A stretch of 64,000 nucleotides of DNA from Terriglobia bacterium. GTDB taxonomy: Bacteria > Acidobacteriota > Terriglobia > 20CM-2-55-15. Numbering within the stretch: position 1 is the first letter of the stretch; each line of letters begins with the position of its first letter. The notes beneath the pieces are model-generated. The model was given only the letters and a program-made list of their open reading frames with translations. It was not told the origin of the DNA and made no database searches. Shown here piece by piece: positions 41,704 to 51,588 of the stretch. Where the stretch lies: contig CBDCLE010000003.1 in assembly GCA_965218585.1 (NCBI GenBank), forward strand, positions 96,001 to 160,000. Direction: 5' to 3'. The position numbers were made by a program, and so were the translations under genes.

Positions 41704-42714
41704 GTGAAGGCTCTGCTCCTGATTCCCGCCGTCTGTTTCGCGCTTGTTGCCGAGTGTTTCGCCTGGCCCGCCCCCGCGCCGGTCCAGGTGCGCCGGGACG
41801 TTTACCTGATGGGAACAAGGGCCTCGCTCGAGGCCTACGCTCCGGATCGCCAGTCGGGACTCAACCGGATTGAAAGTTTCCTCCGCATTCTAGAAAACAC
41901 CGACGAAGAGTTGAGCACCTGGAAGGCAGACAGTGTGATCAGTCGTCTCAACCGGCACCCTCTAGGTGAGAGCTTCGGGCTCAGTGCCTCATTGTGCGAT
42001 CTCTTCCCCAGACTTAAGACGTGGACTGATCGAACAGGCGGTGCCTTCGATCCTGGGGTTGGAACTCTCGTAGAAGCCTGGGGTCTTAACAGCGGAGGTC
42101 GACGGCCAACCGAGGGAGAACTTCGGAATGCGCTCGAGACTACGGGTTTCGGGAACCTTTCTCTGGACGCCGAGGCCTGTCTTGCCACCAGGGATCGAGC
42201 AGTGTTGATCGACGTGGGAGCGTTCGGGAAAGGCGATGCTCTGGACCGTGTCAGGGATTACTCAGTTGATGCCGGCTTCGATAGTTGGATGATCGATCTC
42301 GGAGGGCAGATCATGGTTCGGGGTGCGGGACCGGATAGAGGCGGATGGAGGGTTGACGTGGCACATCCCCTAAACCGGACCCAATCAGTCCTGACGATTC
42401 AGCTCAGGGAAGGCTCACTCGCAACTAGTGGTGGGTCGGAACGCGATATCGGAACAGGCGAGACACGCATCGGTCACATACTGAATCCCGAAACCGGGCA
42501 TCCCATCCGGACAAGCGCCACCGTTACGGTGTGGCACGAGCGGGCCCTGGTTGCCGATATCCTTTCGACCGCTCTCTACGTGATGGGTGTGGATAAAGGC
42601 CTTGCCTGGGCCGAGACGCACGGTATTGCGGCAATTTTTCTGATACCTGACGATTCGGGACAGGTTGAAGTTCGTGCCACTTCGTTGTTTGAAGAAACGT
42701 TTCTCGAAAACTAG
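41704..42714 (+). CDS. apbE: FAD:protein FMN transferase
   Basis: MGT, S.ISRLN, GAFDP.VG, D.GA.GKG, LATSG..ER, HILNP.TG and ADILSTA motifs. Confidence 0.92.
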   Translation: MKALLLIPAVCFALVAECFAWPAPAPVQVRRDVYLMGTRASLEAYAPDRQSGLNRIESFLRILENTDEELSTWKADSVISRLNRHPLGESFGLSASLCDLFPRLKTWTDRTGGAFDPGVGTLVEAWGLNSGGRRPTEGELRNALETTGFGNLSLDAEACLATRDRAVLIDVGAFGKGDALDRVRDYSVDAGFDSWMIDLGGQIMVRGAGPDRGGWRVDVAHPLNRTQSVLTIQLREGSLATSGGSERDIGTGETRIGHILNPETGHPIRTSATVTVWHERALVADILSTALYVMGVDKGLAWAETHGIAAIFLIPDDSGQVEVRATSLFEETFLEN

Positions 42715-42960
42715 TTCTTGGGGGTCCCACGCTTTGGGTGAGATTCCACCCTTCGGGCAAGAAGTCGGATTACGCTCGGTCGTTCAAACGGCCATCCTGG
42801 CCGGGTCTTCTATTTAAGAGCAGGGCGTCCCTCGCAATCTTCCTGATTGCGAGGCCTTTCCCACATACCGTTTGGTTCGAGCAGACCCTGGAGGATCCGC
42901 ACCGGTCCTCCGGTGCGGATGGACAACAAGGCGCGAGGCGTCAGTGGTCAGCCCAACCCA

Positions 42961-43647
42961 CTAAACCGCCGCATACGCTCTTTCTGCCCCTTCAAACCGA
43001 CTGTTGCACGCATCCCAGTTCACGTTCCTCATAAACGCGTCGACATATTGGGCGGCAGCAGACCCATAGTCCATATGATAGGAGTGCTCGAACATGTCAT
43101 TGACGAGCACGGGTCGTCCAAAGCCAACATTGTCGGTGTGGTCGAACGCGATGTAATTGTGCAGGCGTCCGTCGTTGAAGTTGAAGTTGAGGATGGCCCA
43201 TCCGCTGCCGCCGCCCAGTGAAGCAGAGACCGCACGGAATTCTGTCTCCCAGGCGGAGAAGCTTCCGAAGTCCCGGGCGATTGCGTCTTCGAGTCCACCG
43301 GAGGCTTGTCCGTCGCCACCGAGAGTCTCGAAGTACTCTTCGTGCAGGATCACAGCGTTTGTTGCGGTCAACTCCTCCATCTTCAGTCCTTTTCTCAGGA
43401 ACCCCGGGGCGTCTGCTGGCAATCCGGCCAGTTCGGATTCGACTGCAGCCAAGCGGCGGAACGCACCACTGTAGTTGTTGCCGTGATGGGAAGTGATGAC
43501 CCTTTCCGAAATACCGTCCAGGCTGTTCGGTGCGAACGGAAGCGGTTTCAGCTGTCGCCCGCCCTGCTCCTGCGCACGAGCTTCGGTGGCGGCGGCGCCC
43601 ATGGCAGCTGTCGCGAACAATGTTGTTAGGACCTCTCGTCTGTTCAT
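42961..43647 (-). CDS. Fe/Mn superoxide dismutase family (ChrC-like), Tat-exported
   Basis: NRREVL Tat motif; HH.NNY, LHE.YF, GSGW and DMFEHSY ligand motifs. Confidence 0.88.
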   Translation of the reverse strand: MNRREVLTTLFATAAMGAAATEARAQEQGGRQLKPLPFAPNSLDGISERVITSHHGNNYSGAFRRLAAVESELAGLPADAPGFLRKGLKMEELTATNAVILHEEYFETLGGDGQASGGLEDAIARDFGSFSAWETEFRAVSASLGGGSGWAILNFNFNDGRLHNYIAFDHTDNVGFGRPVLVNDMFEHSYHMDYGSAAAQYVDAFMRNVNWDACNSRFEGAERAYAAV

Positions 43648-43831
43648 CGTTTCTCCTTTCTGGATTCGAACACGCTACATCCGGAGCGATTCAAAGACAA
43701 CTAAACAAGTCTGGGTAACAGGAAGGACTGGCCGAAAGAGTTTCAGCTTACGAATGGCCTTGGATCGATTATGAACGGGTTTTTAGTTATATATGTGCTT
43801 ATAGAGCGCATCTGCGGGGTCCCAGAAGCCA

Positions 43832-44141
43832 TCACCGTGATAGCGCATACTCGTAGCTAACCTGCGTGAAGCAGTCCAGGTCCGACACCGGGCTGCAGTT
43901 GAACACCCGGACGCCACTGTTGGCCAGTTGGCGCGCGCCGTATTCCAGCATCCGCGCCATCTTCGGGAATTCGGTGTTTTCGTGGTCCCGGGAATGGAAA
44001 TCTGCTCCGAAGAAGTGCGTCTGCTTCTCCTTGTGCTTCAGGTCCAGACCGAGATAAACGACTTCGGTGAAACCCATATTATACGGCCAGTTGCAGAGAG
44101 AAATACGCAACGGTATAACCGGAGTGTATCCCCTCGGCCAG
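43832..44141 (-). pseudogene. C-terminal remnant of a DUF115/MptE-like (Maf/glycosyltransferase-related) protein
   Basis: LAEGIHSGYTVAYFSLQLAV-(+1 frameshift at ~44080)-YMGFTEVVYLGLD...VFNCS; the 5' part is missing. Confidence 0.65.
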
Positions 44142-44202
44142 CCGGCCGGATTATTGTAAACAAATGACAAGACCCTATGCGATAGAGGCTGGAGGGAGCG
44201 GG

Positions 44203-46392
44203 CTAGAAACTGATGAGATTGGTTACCTTGACGATCAGCGCGCGCTGGACGAGCTGACCCCGGTCGGTGTCCCGGATGTCATTGTAGACGATGAATATGT
44301 CGCTCAGCGGACGATAGGTGAAACGGAACCGGATGTTGGAACTCACCTGCTGCCGATCCGCGTTGTATTGAACGAACGCATTGAAAAAAGTGTACGGCGA
44401 AAAAGCATAGTCGAAACGTGAGGCCAACAGGTCGGTCGTGAACTTACCGTTGGGAAGATCGACGCGGTTGTGGCTGTAATCGAGGGCGATCCTGAGATTG
44501 GGACTGGCCTTCACATCGACTCCACCACTGAACGATTTTCGATCCCCGTTCCAGAACTCTCCCCATTCATAGCTGGCGCTTCCGCTGAGCCTGTCGCTGG
44601 TATCGGTGTTGACCCTTGCAGAATAACGTCGGTACGTGTAATCACCGTCCGCAATCTGAATGTCGGGGCGGATATCGAACGGGTCCGTCAGTCGATCAAA
44701 AGTTTCACTTATGCTGAAAATGATGGATCCGCTGTCCCGCCACCGAACGCCCACGCTGGCGAACTGTTCCCGCGTTTCTATCTGTTGGGTTGTGCCGTTT
44801 TTGTAATAGTCCCAGCTGGCTCCGAAGACCAGGTTCCGAATAGCCTCACTACTCTCGACGAGCGGATTGAATCCAAATTCGCCGTTATAGTGCGTGTTGT
44901 CTCGGCGGCGGATGAAGCCGACTTCGGGATTGAAATTGGTCCCGACCTCGTTGTAGCCGCCCCTTATCGACAGTTCGGTGTCGCTCCATGCTGCCTGGAA
45001 CTGCCGCGCCTGATCCCGGCCGTTTAACCCCGGCGTATCGCTCCGCAGGATGAACGAGTCGAAACCCAACCGGTTGCCGTAGAACAGGAAGTGAGCGTCG
45101 GCGCCATATACTCGGTTGTAATCCCCGTCGACTGTGGAGTCGCGGTTGGCGAGCAAAGTTCCCACCCATGAATTCGTCAGAAAATTCCGTTTGACGCGTC
45201 CGACGAGATAGTTGTTTGAAGGCGTGGTGTCCTTGCTTTCGGTCTTCATTTCCAGGAAACCCACGTCCCAGCGTCCGACCTGTCCGGTCACGCGCGCCCC
45301 GCCGACGATGGGGATGGGAGTCCCGCCGGGGCCGAGACCGATCCGCCGACTGAAGAACGGCACCAGGTTGCCGCGATTTCCCCCGGCGCCGAACGTGAAA
45401 GTCCCCGAGTTCTCCAGAAAAAATTCCCTTTTCTCCGGGAAGAAGAGATTGAACCGGGTTAGGTTGACTTGTTGCGTGTCGACTTCCACCTGCGCGAAGT
45501 CGGTTCGGTACGTGGCATCCACCGTCAGGGATTGGTTGAGGCTGTACTTCAGATCCAAGCCACCGTCGTAGTCCTGATCAGTTCGGTTTGCGGAGTTACC
45601 CATCGAGGGTGTCGTCGTGAATCCCATAGTGGCAAAGGGTTTGACCCGGATGTTGCGCCCCTGCCGGATACCCTCGAGCCCGGTCAAGGTCCCGGCCAGG
45701 GAAACCCGTGTTGCTCTGAATCGACGGGGAACCGGCGACCACGTGCTCTCTTCGCTCAAGCCATTGACCTTGCGGGTCATGTTGAGGCCCCACTCCTGCG
45801 ACTCGGACTGCGAAAACCGGAGTGTCTTGAAGGGGACGACGAATTCCGCAGTCCACACACCATCTCCGCGAACTACCTTTACATCCCAGACACCGTCCCA
45901 ATCCTGATTTATCTCGCCGTCGTTGGAGATCTGGCCGTCGCGTCTGCCACCGACTGGATTCGTCCCAAACATGAATGCTGAACGGTTGTCATTGAGGCTG
46001 TCGATAATCAGGCTGACATTGTCGTTCTGTTGAAATCCGAAGTCCTCCCGCATGTCGCTGAAAGTCAGTCGATCCATATTCGGATCGTAAGAGTGATAGC
46101 CGGCGTAGAGATTCTCGCCGTCATAGAGGAAGCGCGCTTCGGTAACTACACCGGCAGGAAATCCCGTGTTGGGGAGGACCTGAAGGAAGTCCGTCGCCGG
46201 TTCGGCCAGTTCCCACACGGCTTCGTCGAGAAGACCATCAACAGTAATTTCGTCGTCGATCCGGACGGCGTAAACGATCTTCGTATCCCGGAGCGTGTCG
46301 TACTCGGATTCGGGGATGGGTTCGACATCCTGGGCGAGCAACGGAAGTGTGGTGGCTATCAGGGTCACGAGGACCGTCGTGAGATGTTTCAT
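44203..46392 (-). CDS. CBM9-like/DUF5916 outer-membrane protein
   Basis: VDGLLDEAVW, WDGVW, WTAEFVVPFKTLRF, DFAQVEVD..NLTRF.LFFPEKR.FFLE and FFSRRIG motifs; terminal F. Confidence 0.85.
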   Translation of the reverse strand: MKHLTTVLVTLIATTLPLLAQDVEPIPESEYDTLRDTKIVYAVRIDDEITVDGLLDEAVWELAEPATDFLQVLPNTGFPAGVVTEARFLYDGENLYAGYHSYDPNMDRLTFSDMREDFGFQQNDNVSLIIDSLNDNRSAFMFGTNPVGGRRDGQISNDGEINQDWDGVWDVKVVRGDGVWTAEFVVPFKTLRFSQSESQEWGLNMTRKVNGLSEESTWSPVPRRFRATRVSLAGTLTGLEGIRQGRNIRVKPFATMGFTTTPSMGNSANRTDQDYDGGLDLKYSLNQSLTVDATYRTDFAQVEVDTQQVNLTRFNLFFPEKREFFLENSGTFTFGAGGNRGNLVPFFSRRIGLGPGGTPIPIVGGARVTGQVGRWDVGFLEMKTESKDTTPSNNYLVGRVKRNFLTNSWVGTLLANRDSTVDGDYNRVYGADAHFLFYGNRLGFDSFILRSDTPGLNGRDQARQFQAAWSDTELSIRGGYNEVGTNFNPEVGFIRRRDNTHYNGEFGFNPLVESSEAIRNLVFGASWDYYKNGTTQQIETREQFASVGVRWRDSGSIIFSISETFDRLTDPFDIRPDIQIADGDYTYRRYSARVNTDTSDRLSGSASYEWGEFWNGDRKSFSGGVDVKASPNLRIALDYSHNRVDLPNGKFTTDLLASRFDYAFSPYTFFNAFVQYNADRQQVSSNIRFRFTYRPLSDIFIVYNDIRDTDRGQLVQRALIVKVTNLISF

Positions 46393-46582
46393 CAGCGTGT
46401 GTGATCGGGTCAAAAAACAAGGGCGCCGTTGCTCCTTCCTCTTGAAGCGCGACGCCCCTCTTAAAACAGAATCTCCATTATGCAGGAAACATGGTCTGAC
46501 GTGCAAAACGCGGATTTGAGACGATGGATTCCCTGTCGGAGTATGAACGTAGAACCGTTTATCGGCAGATGGTTTGCCGGAC

Positions 46583-47335
46583 TTATCGGGCCGAGCAGGG
46601 TGTTGGATTCCACCCCGAGTCGTCGGATTGCTTTCTGAACTGTGTGCTCGTGATGAAAGGCGGGCTCAGATATACGGGATCGACGACTTCCGTCACCACT
46701 ACGATCCACTGCTCGCCAGCGGGAGTCGTGATCAAGTCGTAGTATTCCGTTACGACGGCGTTTTCACTGTAGGGAACCCCGTTCTTGCGCAGGTATCCCT
46801 CCTGCATCCCGGTCGTAACGACTTTCAAATTGCCTTTTCGAGGGCCTCCCCGGCCGGTATTCGCGTATTCCCACTCGGCTACGGAATGTCCTTGCCGGTT
46901 ACGCTCTCCGGTCGGTGCCTCGGATTCTCCGAAATGGAAGAGCCGGGTCTGCATCCCCGCGTCCGTGTCGATCCGCAGCGTGTTCGCGTCTTCCCAGCCG
47001 ATGTTGAGGCGCCCGGGGATCCGCATGATGGCCGCAGCGCCATACGCCTTGCACTCGTTACCCGCAGCTTCGTCGGCGGCCGGATCCCAGGCATCGGCTA
47101 CGCTACGCCCCTCGGGGGTGAGAGGAACGGATTCATAGTAGCCTTTGGGTGGCGTCACCATTCGGACGCGCCAGTCTTCAGTGACGATCGAGACCCAATA
47201 TCCGGTGAGATCGATCGCTGCAGCGTCCTCGGCCGTCTGAGATTGGGCCTTAAGGTCAACGGGGTAGGTGAGCAACAGGGCCGTGGTGGCGATAACGCCG
47301 AGGCCAGTGTGTCGCAATAGCGTCTGGTAGTTCAT
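46583..47335 (-). CDS. Secreted hypothetical protein (DxxGxW / paired-Cys family)
   Basis: Signal peptide; DLTGYW, ECKAYG, GHSVAEW, DPVYL..PF, C-terminal PC. Confidence 0.75.
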   Translation of the reverse strand: MNYQTLLRHTGLGVIATTALLLTYPVDLKAQSQTAEDAAAIDLTGYWVSIVTEDWRVRMVTPPKGYYESVPLTPEGRSVADAWDPAADEAAGNECKAYGAAAIMRIPGRLNIGWEDANTLRIDTDAGMQTRLFHFGESEAPTGERNRQGHSVAEWEYANTGRGGPRKGNLKVVTTGMQEGYLRKNGVPYSENAVVTEYYDLITTPAGEQWIVVVTEVVDPVYLSPPFITSTQFRKQSDDSGWNPTPCSAR

Positions 47336-47372
47336 TGTCTTCCGAGCAACGTGTTTCTCCCACGCATCTCGA

Positions 47373-47768
47373 TCAGTCGACGACTTCACCAGGACGCGTG
47401 CCCCACCCGAATCCATCTGCCGTTCGGTGGAGCGTGTTCATTTTCACTCTGTAGTCGGTGACCGTGCGCGAAGGATTCCCTGTGATAACCACCTCGTCAC
47501 CGACTTTAAACGTGCTGCGCGTCACGCCTTGTCCTCTGAGTTGGGAGGCGCCTCCCCACTCCACAGCCCAACGCTGCAACTGACCATCGGAATCCTGCGC
47601 CTCGATATGAACGAAGGCATGTGGATTGCGAAACATGAACCGGACCAATCGTCCCTCGAGTGTTACAACCCTTTCCTGATCATAGGTGGCCGAAAGAGAG
47701 TGGTGGGCGTGGGCCCCAACTCCAAACAGAAACATTCCGATCAGAGTCAGAGACAATCTGATTTTCAT
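47373..47768 (-). CDS. DUF6152-like secreted protein
   Basis: AHA|HHS mature N-terminus, NPH, W.VE and GD.V.ITGNP motifs. Confidence 0.75.
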   Translation of the reverse strand: MKIRLSLTLIGMFLFGVGAHAHHSLSATYDQERVVTLEGRLVRFMFRNPHAFVHIEAQDSDGQLQRWAVEWGGASQLRGQGVTRSTFKVGDEVVITGNPSRTVTDYRVKMNTLHRTADGFGWGTRPGEVVD

Positions 47769-47828
47769 GGCGTTTTCTCCCAAAAAGCGTTGATCATCTC
47801 ATCGTTCAGAAACACCGTCGTCCGGAAT

Positions 47829-48941
47829 CTAATTGGCCGACGGCAGGCTTTCATATACTGCCGTAAGAAACATATCCCTCGTCCTTGTGTTCGAACCGTA
47901 TCGTCCGTCGTAGTCCATCGTTGGATTGGCCGCCAAGACTTCTTCCAGGGTCATCCCCTTCTGAATCATGTCCTGGATCCGATCACGGATGATCGACATC
48001 ATATTGCGATAATTGGCTACATCGGCCACGTCACTGAGCCGTCCATGACCCGGAATGATCATCGTTCCGCCCTGCGATCTGAATTCCGCGTATGCCACGT
48101 CGAGAATGCGATTGAGTCCGTCAACGATACCCTGAATCGTGCCGCCATTCTCGATGTCTATCACCGGATAACTGAGCGTCGAATACACGTCACCCGTGGC
48201 GATCACGTCGGAATATCGGAACCAGACCATGGTGTCGCCGTCGGTGCTCGCTGCAGGCAGGTGAAACAGTTGTACGCCCTCACCGTTAAAGAATTGCGTG
48301 AGTTTATAAGACGGGTTCAGATATGTCTCGGTCGGCAACGCATCGCTGGAAATCGGAAGCTCGCTCATTCTCCAGAAGACGTTGTCATGGGCCAGTATGG
48401 CTGCGCCTTCCCCAGAGTCGGCAATCGTTCTGGTCACGTTTCCGCCTGTAAACGTAGTGCCGGCCAGGCTCACTATTTCATTTCCACCGGCATGGTCTGG
48501 ATCCATGCTCGTGTTGATGATGTAACGGATCGGCTTGGCCGGGCTCCGCGAGATCGTCGCTCCGTTGAAGCCCGGACCGGACCACCCGAACGGACTCAGG
48601 ACGCCGGCACAATTTGACCCGACACAAGCTGACGCCGGAATGGGCGAAGCGTTTACGGCGGCGACCAACTGCTGGACTGTTGCTACAAGCCGGTCCGCCA
48701 ACCGCGCAGATCCGGTGTCAACCAACAACGCGCCGTCCCTACCCGCGGAGACGGCGACATTACTACCGCCGTTGACGACCATATAGATGTTGCCGCGAAC
48801 CGGCAGGACATTGATTGCCGGAAGGCCGGCATCTTGAGTTCCCCGGGCCAGAGTCGGCCCGAATCCAGTGGCGGCAGTGATGAGGATGATGAGGAGTATC
48901 ACCCCGAGGGCCATCGCGCTCTGAGAGATGTTTTTAGTCAT
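47829..48941 (-). CDS. Secreted MBL-fold (cyclase-like) protein with degenerate metal motif
   Basis: LLVDTG, YIINTSMDPDHAGGN, STDGD, ATGD and IIPGHG motifs. Confidence 0.8.
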   Translation of the reverse strand: MTKNISQSAMALGVILLIILITAATGFGPTLARGTQDAGLPAINVLPVRGNIYMVVNGGSNVAVSAGRDGALLVDTGSARLADRLVATVQQLVAAVNASPIPASACVGSNCAGVLSPFGWSGPGFNGATISRSPAKPIRYIINTSMDPDHAGGNEIVSLAGTTFTGGNVTRTIADSGEGAAILAHDNVFWRMSELPISSDALPTETYLNPSYKLTQFFNGEGVQLFHLPAASTDGDTMVWFRYSDVIATGDVYSTLSYPVIDIENGGTIQGIVDGLNRILDVAYAEFRSQGGTMIIPGHGRLSDVADVANYRNMMSIIRDRIQDMIQKGMTLEEVLAANPTMDYDGRYGSNTRTRDMFLTAVYESLPSAN

Positions 48942-48962
48942 AACTGCCAGGGAATTTCCGTT

Positions 48963-49844
48963 TTAGTTTGTGCCGGTGTCTATTTCGGCCTGGTACTCGG
49001 GATATAAAGTTTTCCCGTATCCTCGGGCCGCTTCGACGGGTATCCCGAACTGAGCCGTCCACTCCGTCAGATATAAGTTTTCGCCCGGCAGGAAGTGCGG
49101 CACGTCGGGAGTGATGTTTTCACCCTCGACAACGGTGCAGGGGTAGTAGGTCAACTCCGAGTGCACATTCAGGGCGTAATTGATCGAAAAGATGTACGGT
49201 TCTTCCAGATACGTGGGTTCATCGATAATTCCGACGACCGTGAGAATATCCCCGTGCCGCGTCAGGTATTCGGTGACCTTCACCTGATCGGTGAACTTCA
49301 AGCCGTTGCGTCTGAAATAACTTTCTTTGAGATGAGTCGTCGTGACGACCAGAGTGTTCCCGTCCCACTCGCCAGTTGAGAAACCCTCCCAGGTATGTGC
49401 GGCATAGTCCGGAGGATGCGGGCGTCCATCCATGTATATTGTCCGGTCCATCGATCGGACCCAGTTGACGTGATAGGCGACGAGTCCCCGAGTAACGGGA
49501 TCGATTTCCTTGCTGATTCGCACTTCTCCCAAGGCGCGCCACACGTACGGGGTGGGGTGGGGCCGACATTGAAATTCCGGCAATCCCCAATCCGAAACGT
49601 CCGCCGTGTCTGCCCTCATTCGGCCTGCTTCAGTGAGCGCAAGTCCCAGGTAGTCACCGGGTGCCGGCCCGCCGCACTGCGGGGACGGGCAAGGACCGTT
49701 CGTCCTGTCCCATGCGTCCTCGTGGACTCGATCGTCCCACTCCCCGGAGAAATCGGTAGTTTGACCGAGGCCCGGCATAACGACGAGAAGGATCGTCAGT
49801 AACGACAAAGGCCCGACGATTCTGAGGTGTTGGACGGAATCCAT
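48963..49844 (-). CDS. Secreted hypothetical protein, paralogue of 46583..47335
   Basis: DFSGEW, QCRPHP, RTIYMDGRPHP, GFSTGEWDGNTLVV and C-terminal YPC; SD AGGAGG. Confidence 0.78.
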   Translation of the reverse strand: MDSVQHLRIVGPLSLLTILLVVMPGLGQTTDFSGEWDDRVHEDAWDRTNGPCPSPQCGGPAPGDYLGLALTEAGRMRADTADVSDWGLPEFQCRPHPTPYVWRALGEVRISKEIDPVTRGLVAYHVNWVRSMDRTIYMDGRPHPPDYAAHTWEGFSTGEWDGNTLVVTTTHLKESYFRRNGLKFTDQVKVTEYLTRHGDILTVVGIIDEPTYLEEPYIFSINYALNVHSELTYYPCTVVEGENITPDVPHFLPGENLYLTEWTAQFGIPVEAARGYGKTLYPEYQAEIDTGTN

Positions 49845-50174
49845 GGCCCCTCCTATATAATAGACAAGTGGCGCTACTCAGATTCATGGCAGAGGCACAC
49901 AGATCGGCCCGAAACGGAGCGCTAACCCACACGTCGCAATGTCTTTAAAGCGAATATCGACGCCAGTCTAACAAACCAACTTGTGTTGTCAATTTATTCG
50001 GGTCGAGGCCTCTGTCCGGAGAACTTCTTAGCGGATGAAACGTGATGTCTCTTGAAGGGACTCGGATTACCCGACCGAGGACAGTTCTTGTACCATACAA
50101 GATTCTTCTGTAGGCGTGGGTGTCGCTAGGCACGCCGCACAAACTCTTGTTCCGGGAATCTTTGAGGCTATTGG

Positions 50175-51584
50175 ATGACCAGCGCACTTCGGCAAAAGCT
50201 GGACGCGGGTGAGTTCTGCCACATCGTGGAACTCGTCGCGAGTAAGCGGATCACCGAAGAACGGCTTCTCGAGATCTCTAGCGCATTGGCCGGACTGAAT
50301 GCCGTTGACGCCGCGGGTGTTACCAGTTATGCCGGTGGAGGAGGCGGTCAGGATCCGGTTCGGATTGCAGCGGGTGCGAAGGCACACGGCCTGACGCCTA
50401 ACCTGCACCTGACCTGCGTCTACCAGGATCGGGCCGGGCTACGACAGACGCTCGAAGAGCTCCATCGCTTCGAAATCCACGACGTCTTAGCTCTCACCGG
50501 CGACTACCCGAAGCAGCACGAAGAAAGAGCGATCTTCGATCTAGATTCGGTCGCGCTTGTGTCCATGATGAAGAACATGCGAGACGACGGGATGCCGTTT
50601 TCGATTTCCGTTGCGGTGTCGCCGTTCAAGTACAACGAACCGGACTGTTTGTACCAGTACATCAAGCTGGAAAAGAAATTCGCCGCGGGTGCGGACTTTG
50701 CGATCACGCAGATCGGCTACGACGCGGCCAAGTTTCGCGAGCTCAAGCAGTATCTGGATGAGCGCGGGATATCCAAACCGGTAGTCGGCAATGTGTATGT
50801 GTTGGGTAAGCGTGCGGCCGAGCTCATGTCCGAGGGTCGACCGCCCGGATGCTGGATTTCGCCCGAACTGGCCGAACGAGTCAAAGAAGAGGTAGCGACC
50901 GAAGACAAGGGGAAGGCCGCCAGACTTGAGCGCGCGGCACGCACTGTTGCCGTCCTGAGGGGCCTTGGTTACGCCGGTGCCTACGTCGGCGGAACACACG
51001 ACGTCGATCAGATCCGATGGATCATATCCAGAGGAGAGGAGCTTGCTCCGCGTTGGGAAGAGTTTGCCGAAGAACTGACCCATGCCCCAGAGAACGCGTT
51101 CTATATCTACAACTCGCCGAAAGGTACACCGAAGCGGCTTGGCTTGATTCCCAACATGCTGAACCTAGCGGGAAAGATGTTCCCGGTCCGGACTGAAACC
51201 GTGTGGCGGAAGCTTCTTCGCCGCATATCCGGTTGGATCGAGGGCCGGCCGTTCGTCGAGAGCGTCGTGGAAAAATTCGAGACGGCGGTGAAGGTCCCGA
51301 TGTTCGGCTGCAAATCGTGTGGCAACTGTGTCCTGGGCGACATGGAATACGTGTGTCCCGAGACCTGCCCCAAGCAGATACGGAACGGACCCTGCGGTGG
51401 TACAGCCAGCGGCCAGTGCGAGGTCATTCCCGAACAAGCCTGCATCTGGGTGGGTGTCTATGAGCGGGCTAAGTCGGGAGACGAACTGGAATCACTCAAG
51501 GTCTATATCCCATCCCCAGACCGGACGTTAAAAGGGACAAGCTCTTGGGTGAACTACTTCCTCGACCGGGACGTCCGGCCTTAA
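50175..51584 (+). CDS. metF: Methylenetetrahydrofolate reductase with fused C-terminal Cys-rich MetV-like domain
   Basis: HLTC, LALTGD, DLDSV, K..AGADF.ITQ; C-terminal C..CG.C.L......CP..CPK..RNGPCGG...CEV....C.W. Confidence 0.85.
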   Translation: MTSALRQKLDAGEFCHIVELVASKRITEERLLEISSALAGLNAVDAAGVTSYAGGGGGQDPVRIAAGAKAHGLTPNLHLTCVYQDRAGLRQTLEELHRFEIHDVLALTGDYPKQHEERAIFDLDSVALVSMMKNMRDDGMPFSISVAVSPFKYNEPDCLYQYIKLEKKFAAGADFAITQIGYDAAKFRELKQYLDERGISKPVVGNVYVLGKRAAELMSEGRPPGCWISPELAERVKEEVATEDKGKAARLERAARTVAVLRGLGYAGAYVGGTHDVDQIRWIISRGEELAPRWEEFAEELTHAPENAFYIYNSPKGTPKRLGLIPNMLNLAGKMFPVRTETVWRKLLRRISGWIEGRPFVESVVEKFETAVKVPMFGCKSCGNCVLGDMEYVCPETCPKQIRNGPCGGTASGQCEVIPEQACIWVGVYERAKSGDELESLKVYIPSPDRTLKGTSSWVNYFLDRDVRP

Positions 51585-51588
51585 CTAG

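Noticed and set aside
47427-48617. Long antisense ORFs (47427..48617, 55818..56801, 59775..60755, 39874..40662)
   Set aside because: Shadow frames of well-supported genes in GC-rich DNA; no motifs
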